From: Bacteroidia bacterium
Lineage (GTDB): Bacteria > Bacteroidota > Bacteroidia > UBA7662
Length of the DNA stretch: 64,000 nt
Direction of reading: 5' to 3'
Assembly (NCBI GenBank): GCA_046291695.1
Contig: JBKBSO010000011.1
Span: 1,548-65,547, forward strand
The notes under the pieces were generated by a model, which was not told the DNA's origin, made no database searches, and saw only the letters and a program-made list of their open reading frames with translations. Shown one piece after another: positions 59,754 through 64,000 of this stretch; position 1 is the first letter of the stretch; each line of letters begins with the position of its first letter. The position numbers were made by a program, and so were the translations under genes.

Positions 59754-61196
59754 TTAAACGGTACTTATCTTAATTTTCTTTTGTATTTCTTCTACGTATC
59801 CTTTAAACCTGCGATCGGTTTCCATTAAATCTTCTACGGTTTGACAACTATGAATGACCGTAGAGTGGTCGCGGCCACCAAAGTACTCTCCTATAGTCTT
59901 GAGGCTATTTTTAGTGAGCTTTTTAGCGAAGTACATGGATATTTGACGGGCCTGTACCACCTCACGCTTTCTTGTTTTGGCTTTAAGTAGCTCAACGTTC
60001 AGGTCAAAGTATTCGCAAACTAATGCTTGTATAGACTCAATGGATATTTCTAGACTAACATGACGCACAAAATTACGCATCACCATCTTCGCCAATTCCA
60101 AGTCAGGCTCTTTTTTGCTCAGCGTGGTATATGCCAACAAAGATGTCAAAGCTCCTTCAAGTTCACGAATGTTCGAATTAATATTGTGTGCTATAAATTC
60201 CACAACTTCTTTAGGCAGATCAATACCGTCGGCATACATTTTCATTTCAAGTATCGCCACTCGGGTTTCAAAGTCAGGCAATTGCAAATCGGTGCTTAAT
60301 CCCCATTTAAAACGCGACAACAAACGTTCTTCTACCCCTTTTAAATCTTTGGGCGCACGGTCACTGGTTAAAATCAGCTGCTTTCCTGATTGGTGCAGGT
60401 GGTTGAAGATATGAAAGAACACATCTTGGGTACGCTCTTTATTGGCCAGATTATGTACATCATCGAGGATTAACACATCCATCAACTGATAAAAATTCAC
60501 GAAGTCGTTGGTGGAGCTGTTTTTCAACGAATCTATAAACTGCTGCGTGAATTTCTCAGCGGTAACATATAAAACCGTTTTATTAGGAAAATTAGCCTTG
60601 ATTTGATTGCCGACCGCCTGAACAAGATGACTCTTTCCCAAACCTACATTGCCATAAATCATGAGTGGGTTAAACGAAGTCCCTCCTGGCTTAGCAGCTA
60701 CAGCCAAACCAGCCGAACGCGCCAGTTTGTTACAATCTCCCTCAACATAATTATCAAAGGTATAACGCGGATTTAGCTGAGAATCAACATTGATTTTTTT
60801 GAGTCCGGGAATAATAAACGGATTCTTGATTGACGCACCAATGTTAACGGGAACAGCAAGATCGGGGTTTTTATTACGTGCCTGCGAACCGGGCACGTTA
60901 ATGGTATAGGGCGACTTATCGTTACCCTGATGATCCATTACGATGCTATACTCGAGCCTCCCATCTGCTCCAAGTTCACGTTTAATGGTTTTGTGAAGCA
61001 AGTTTACATAATGCTCCTCAAGCCACTCATAAAAAAACTGGCTAGGGACTTGTATCGTCAGTACCGTTTCACGCAACCTAACCGGCTTAATAGGCTCAAA
61101 CCAGGTTTTATAACTCTGCGGCGTTACGTTATCCTTTATAATCGCTAAACAATTGGTCCAAACAGTTTCCATCGAGTGCTCCATAGGCTCATCCAA
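59754..61196 (-). CDS. dnaA: Chromosomal replication initiator protein DnaA.
   Basis: AAA+ Walker A GNVGLGKSHL, Walker B ILDDVH, sensor and Arg finger, C-terminal DnaA-box-binding HTH (GGRDHSTVIHSCQ). Confidence 0.9.
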   Translation of the reverse strand: MDEPMEHSMETVWTNCLAIIKDNVTPQSYKTWFEPIKPVRLRETVLTIQVPSQFFYEWLEEHYVNLLHKTIKRELGADGRLEYSIVMDHQGNDKSPYTINVPGSQARNKNPDLAVPVNIGASIKNPFIIPGLKKINVDSQLNPRYTFDNYVEGDCNKLARSAGLAVAAKPGGTSFNPLMIYGNVGLGKSHLVQAVGNQIKANFPNKTVLYVTAEKFTQQFIDSLKNSSTNDFVNFYQLMDVLILDDVHNLANKERTQDVFFHIFNHLHQSGKQLILTSDRAPKDLKGVEERLLSRFKWGLSTDLQLPDFETRVAILEMKMYADGIDLPKEVVEFIAHNINSNIRELEGALTSLLAYTTLSKKEPDLELAKMVMRNFVRHVSLEISIESIQALVCEYFDLNVELLKAKTRKREVVQARQISMYFAKKLTKNSLKTIGEYFGGRDHSTVIHSCQTVEDLMETDRRFKGYVEEIQKKIKISTV

Positions 61197-61531
61197 ATTT
61201 TATAATCTTTACCCCGCCTTGACAGGTCAGGAGGTCGAAGATGAGACAAAAAATTTTGCTGAAAAAATAAGAAGGGCTTTTCCTTAGAACTGGCCCATTC
61301 AACATGCTGAATAGCACAACTTTTCCCCAATTCTGTTGAAAATTAATTTTTATAGAAAAAATTAGACAAATCATTTGCATATCATTAAGTTTCTATAAAA
61401 TACTGATTCACAATACATTACAAAAAAGTTAACTATTTGACAACGATTTATTAACAAAGAATCGTTGATAATCACACGGCTAAAATTGTACTACGGCTAC
61501 TCTCCTCATTAGTTGCCTGAAGGAACTTATT
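61197..61531. promoter_or_regulatory. AT-rich 335-bp region upstream of dnaA: dnaA promoter and a possible oriC candidate.
   Basis: Position and AT-richness only. Contains no perfect TTATCCACA boxes, only 7/9 matches. Contains an 8-bp inverted repeat CAACGATT-N11-AATCGTTG (61441-61467). Confidence 0.3.
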
Positions 61532-62452
61532 TTAGGATACTTCGAGACTTCTCGCTGACCAATATGGAAGCGCTTTTTCTGAACCGAATTCGAAGTCGAT
61601 TCGTCCTAAACGTAACCCACTATGCCCTACCTGGGCAATTAGGGTAGCTCCCCCGTTTTCTTGTTTCACCAGCTGAGGTTTATCGAGGAAGGTATGGGTA
61701 TGACCACCAATAATCAAATCAATTCCAGGTACTTCTTTAGCAAGTCTGGAGTCACTCACTTTGTCATCCCGATAAGAAAAACCCAAATGCGAAAGGCACA
61801 CGATCAGCTGGCAGGATTGAGCACGAAGCTCGGCAACCATTTCTTTTGCCTTCTCCATCGGATCAAGATGCTGTACTTCACCAAACAACGTATCTGGAAT
61901 AAGGCCTTTTGGATCAATCCCCAATCCAAAAACGCCCACTTTTAGTTTTCCACGTTTAAAAATTTGATATGATTTAATCTTGCCTGCCAAGGAAGTTTTA
62001 CTGAAATCATAATTCGACACCACAATGGGGAAACGGATATGTTTCATTTGTCTTTCAAAGTTTTCTACTCCTTCATCAAAATCATGATTACCCATGGTAG
62101 CAGCATCATATCCCATCCTTTGCATGGCTTTCATTTCAACAGCTCCTTTAAAAAAATTAAAATAGGGCGTCCCCTGGAAAATATCTCCAGCATCAAAAAG
62201 GAGCACATGTTCTGCCTCAGACCTGATTGATTCTATCAGCCGCATTCTCGCCAAAACACCTCCCATACCTGCATTTGGCCCTCCTTCCGGATAAGGATCA
62301 ATTCTACTGTGCGTATCATTGGTGTGCAATATGGTTAGTCGTGTAGGTTTGCGTGCGCTCGCCGAAATTGGCCATAAACCTCCTGCTAGTCCAACACCTG
62401 TAAGGAGACTGCTTTTTATAAACCCTCTTCTATTGTATGCAAATTCTTCCAT
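61532..62452 (-). CDS. 5'-nucleotidase-family calcineurin-like metallophosphatase subunit, with a Tat signal.
   Basis: Twin-arginine NRRGFIKSSLLTGVGLAG. Metallophosphatase motifs ILHTNDTHS, GDIFQG, GNHDFD, GGHTH. Confidence 0.75.
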   Translation of the reverse strand: MEEFAYNRRGFIKSSLLTGVGLAGGLWPISASARKPTRLTILHTNDTHSRIDPYPEGGPNAGMGGVLARMRLIESIRSEAEHVLLFDAGDIFQGTPYFNFFKGAVEMKAMQRMGYDAATMGNHDFDEGVENFERQMKHIRFPIVVSNYDFSKTSLAGKIKSYQIFKRGKLKVGVFGLGIDPKGLIPDTLFGEVQHLDPMEKAKEMVAELRAQSCQLIVCLSHLGFSYRDDKVSDSRLAKEVPGIDLIIGGHTHTFLDKPQLVKQENGGATLIAQVGHSGLRLGRIDFEFGSEKALPYWSARSLEVS

Positions 62453-63182
62453 CTAGCGTATAATTGAGTGTATCTGCACGATTTCCCATTTCAGTTAATG
62501 CCTCCAAAACCAGGTCGAAGAGCAGTATTGAAGAATGTTCCTGACATAACGCTTGTTCTAAAAAACCACATCCATCCCCCCCTTTTGCAACATAATCTGG
62601 CATTACCACCCGATATTTCATATCCTTACGAAGAGGATAACCATTAAGTACCACTTGGGTAGCCTTGCCTTCTACTATGCAATAACGAGTACCCGACATA
62701 GGCGTACCTCCCTTCGACGCCCAATGGTGAAAAAACTCCAGTAGCAATTCACCCTCCATTTCTACCACGCTTATGTAATTCTGAAAAGGCAATACTTCCA
62801 TCAAGTGCCCTATTTGAATCTCTCCTGCCGGCAAAGCCGCTCTAATGCCCCCATAATTTAACATAGCCATGTCGAGCTCACCAAATATCAACCGGCTCCT
62901 TTCCAATAGTATGTCTGCCAATAAATTACCTAAACCCGACTCCGGCAATTGTTTCTTTAACAGATGTTGATTATATACAATCGGACGCTTAATAGCTGCC
63001 TGCATAGAATCACGATAGGGTTTTACCAATTCTTCAAGCCCATCGTGTACACCCAGGCTATCTGCCAAAACTAGGTATTGCTTTTCAACTACAGGCACTG
63101 GCCTGGATTTTGGCGTAGCACAGGAAATTAAGCTGGCGAGCAGCAATAAGCGAATGAAATCAATACAACTCTGGCAATTCAT
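62430..63182 (-). CDS. 5'-nucleotidase C-terminal (substrate-binding) domain lipoprotein, encoded upstream of the catalytic subunit.
   Basis: Lipobox LISCA. 5_nucleotid_C-like features (GNLLADIL, NYGGIR, YVAKGGDG). Confidence 0.65.
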   Translation of the reverse strand: MNCQSCIDFIRLLLLASLISCATPKSRPVPVVEKQYLVLADSLGVHDGLEELVKPYRDSMQAAIKRPIVYNQHLLKKQLPESGLGNLLADILLERSRLIFGELDMAMLNYGGIRAALPAGEIQIGHLMEVLPFQNYISVVEMEGELLLEFFHHWASKGGTPMSGTRYCIVEGKATQVVLNGYPLRKDMKYRVVMPDYVAKGGDGCGFLEQALCQEHSSILLFDLVLEALTEMGNRADTLNYTLDGRICIQ

Positions 63183-63681
63183 TCTTTACACTTTGGATGG
63201 CTTGTTCACAGGCATATTTCATCGCCGACTGGTCTTGTGCAAATAGATTTCTACTGAACACAATGGCCGATTCTTCAGGTCTTGTTACTGCGGCAGCCCT
63301 ATGTACAAGCCCAACAACTTCATCACGAGCGGCAAGGATTTTCTGCCAGGTCGACGCCTGCACATAAAGCTGTTGAGCCAGGTTATGTTCAAGTTCTGCC
63401 CTAATTTGGCTCAGCATAGCCAACTGCAATGCAGCAGCTGTTGGCTCGGCACCCAGTCTGTTGATGAGCCCTTCCGGCTTTATACGTTCAATAAACAAAA
63501 TGAGTCGTTCAGAAGCCTGTATTTTTAAAGGCTGAGCTGTTTTTGTCCGTTCAATTTTATATTGCCATTGCATTAACTCACGATTTCGATCGTAACGACC
63601 ACGCAACCAGCGGTGTACAAAGAAGGTTGCCACAAATAGGTAGGCTCCGGTAAGGCTTAACAACAAAATTTCGGTATTCAT
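63160..63681 (-). CDS. Hypothetical membrane-anchored protein.
   Basis: Single N-terminal TM helix and no recognisable motifs. 173 aa. Confidence 0.35.
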   Translation of the reverse strand: MNTEILLLSLTGAYLFVATFFVHRWLRGRYDRNRELMQWQYKIERTKTAQPLKIQASERLILFIERIKPEGLINRLGAEPTAAALQLAMLSQIRAELEHNLAQQLYVQASTWQKILAARDEVVGLVHRAAAVTRPEESAIVFSRNLFAQDQSAMKYACEQAIQSVKNELPELY

Positions 63682-63758
63682 AAATCAAAAATAGTTATTC
63701 TCACCGCTCTACTCATGATTTTATCGTAAATTGAACCAAGCATCTTATTTTTGCATTT

Positions 63759-64000
63759 ATGGAAACGATGAACACCAACCATACCACAGAAACTTTAATT
63801 ACCTTAAGTCCTACGGCCTTAGCGGAGTTAAAGCGGCTTACGGCTCAATTTCAGCATGACCATATGATAAGAATAGGTGTGAAAGGTGGCGGATGTTCAG
63901 GCCTTACATACATCCTCGACCAGGGCAAAGCTGACGAAAGTCAAGACTATATCCTTCACTTTGAGGGGCTTCAAGTAGCTGTAAATAAAGCGCAAGCCTT
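63759..64000 (+). CDS. Iron-sulfur cluster insertion protein of the IscA/HesB/ErpA family. Partial: the 3' end is off the window.
   Basis: Translation MET...IRIGVKGGGCSGLTY..L matches the HesB family, including the GGGCSG motif. Confidence 0.65.
   Translation, partial: METMNTNHTTETLITLSPTALAELKRLTAQFQHDHMIRIGVKGGGCSGLTYILDQGKADESQDYILHFEGLQVAVNKAQA

Noticed and set aside
61145-61380. Small ORFs (61145-61330, 61189-61380) in the dnaA upstream region.
   Set aside because: They are low-complexity translations of an AT-rich promoter or origin-like region with no coding signature.
1-64000. CRISPR arrays, transposases, integrases, phage genes, toxin-antitoxin pairs, restriction-modification or other defence systems.
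   Set aside because: No spaced direct-repeat arrays and no ORFs with recombinase, transposase, nuclease or methyltransferase motifs were found on either strand. The window looks like core chromosome.

Overview
This 64 kb window looks like a chromosomal segment from a Bacteroidota-type genome. The evidence is two large secreted proteins ending in T9SS C-terminal sorting domains, a PorQ/PorV-like outer-membrane β-barrel protein, TAnnTTTG-type -7 promoter elements and a general lack of Shine-Dalgarno sequences. It is gene-dense (about 55 CDS, one tRNA-Arg, no rRNA, CRISPR array, transposase or integrase) and mostly housekeeping. Recognisable genes include dnaA-hisS-hutH, tpiA-prmA-plsY-clpS, clpC, icd, hutI, adenine deaminase, an htrA-like protease, floA plus an nfeD-family gene, a sirtuin, lgt, a marR-fadN-fadA-fadE β-oxidation operon, and GH13/GH31/MFS α-glucan genes.

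The most notable region is the 5' end. A non-canonical LexA-like repressor (XRE-HTH fused to an S24 peptidase) sits immediately upstream of an error-prone DnaE2 polymerase. DnaE2 runs off the window edge, has a GTG start and an AGGAGG motif just upstream, and there is no imuA or imuB between the two genes. This pair is visibly GC-richer than its neighbours and lies beside tRNA-Arg, an SRAP/YedK-family gene and a tail-less histone H1-like gene. A second locus of interest is a 1690-aa T9SS cargo protein with a lipase-like α/β-hydrolase domain, preceded by two tandem paralogous lipoproteins. Smaller observations are a set of phased direct repeats and a hairpin at the adenine deaminase start, palindromic operator candidates, a zinc-free sirtuin, a split and permuted 5'-nucleotidase, and an unusually long convergent intergenic gap. 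Nothing was run against a database. All calls come from reading the translations and the DNA, and GC comparisons are by eye.
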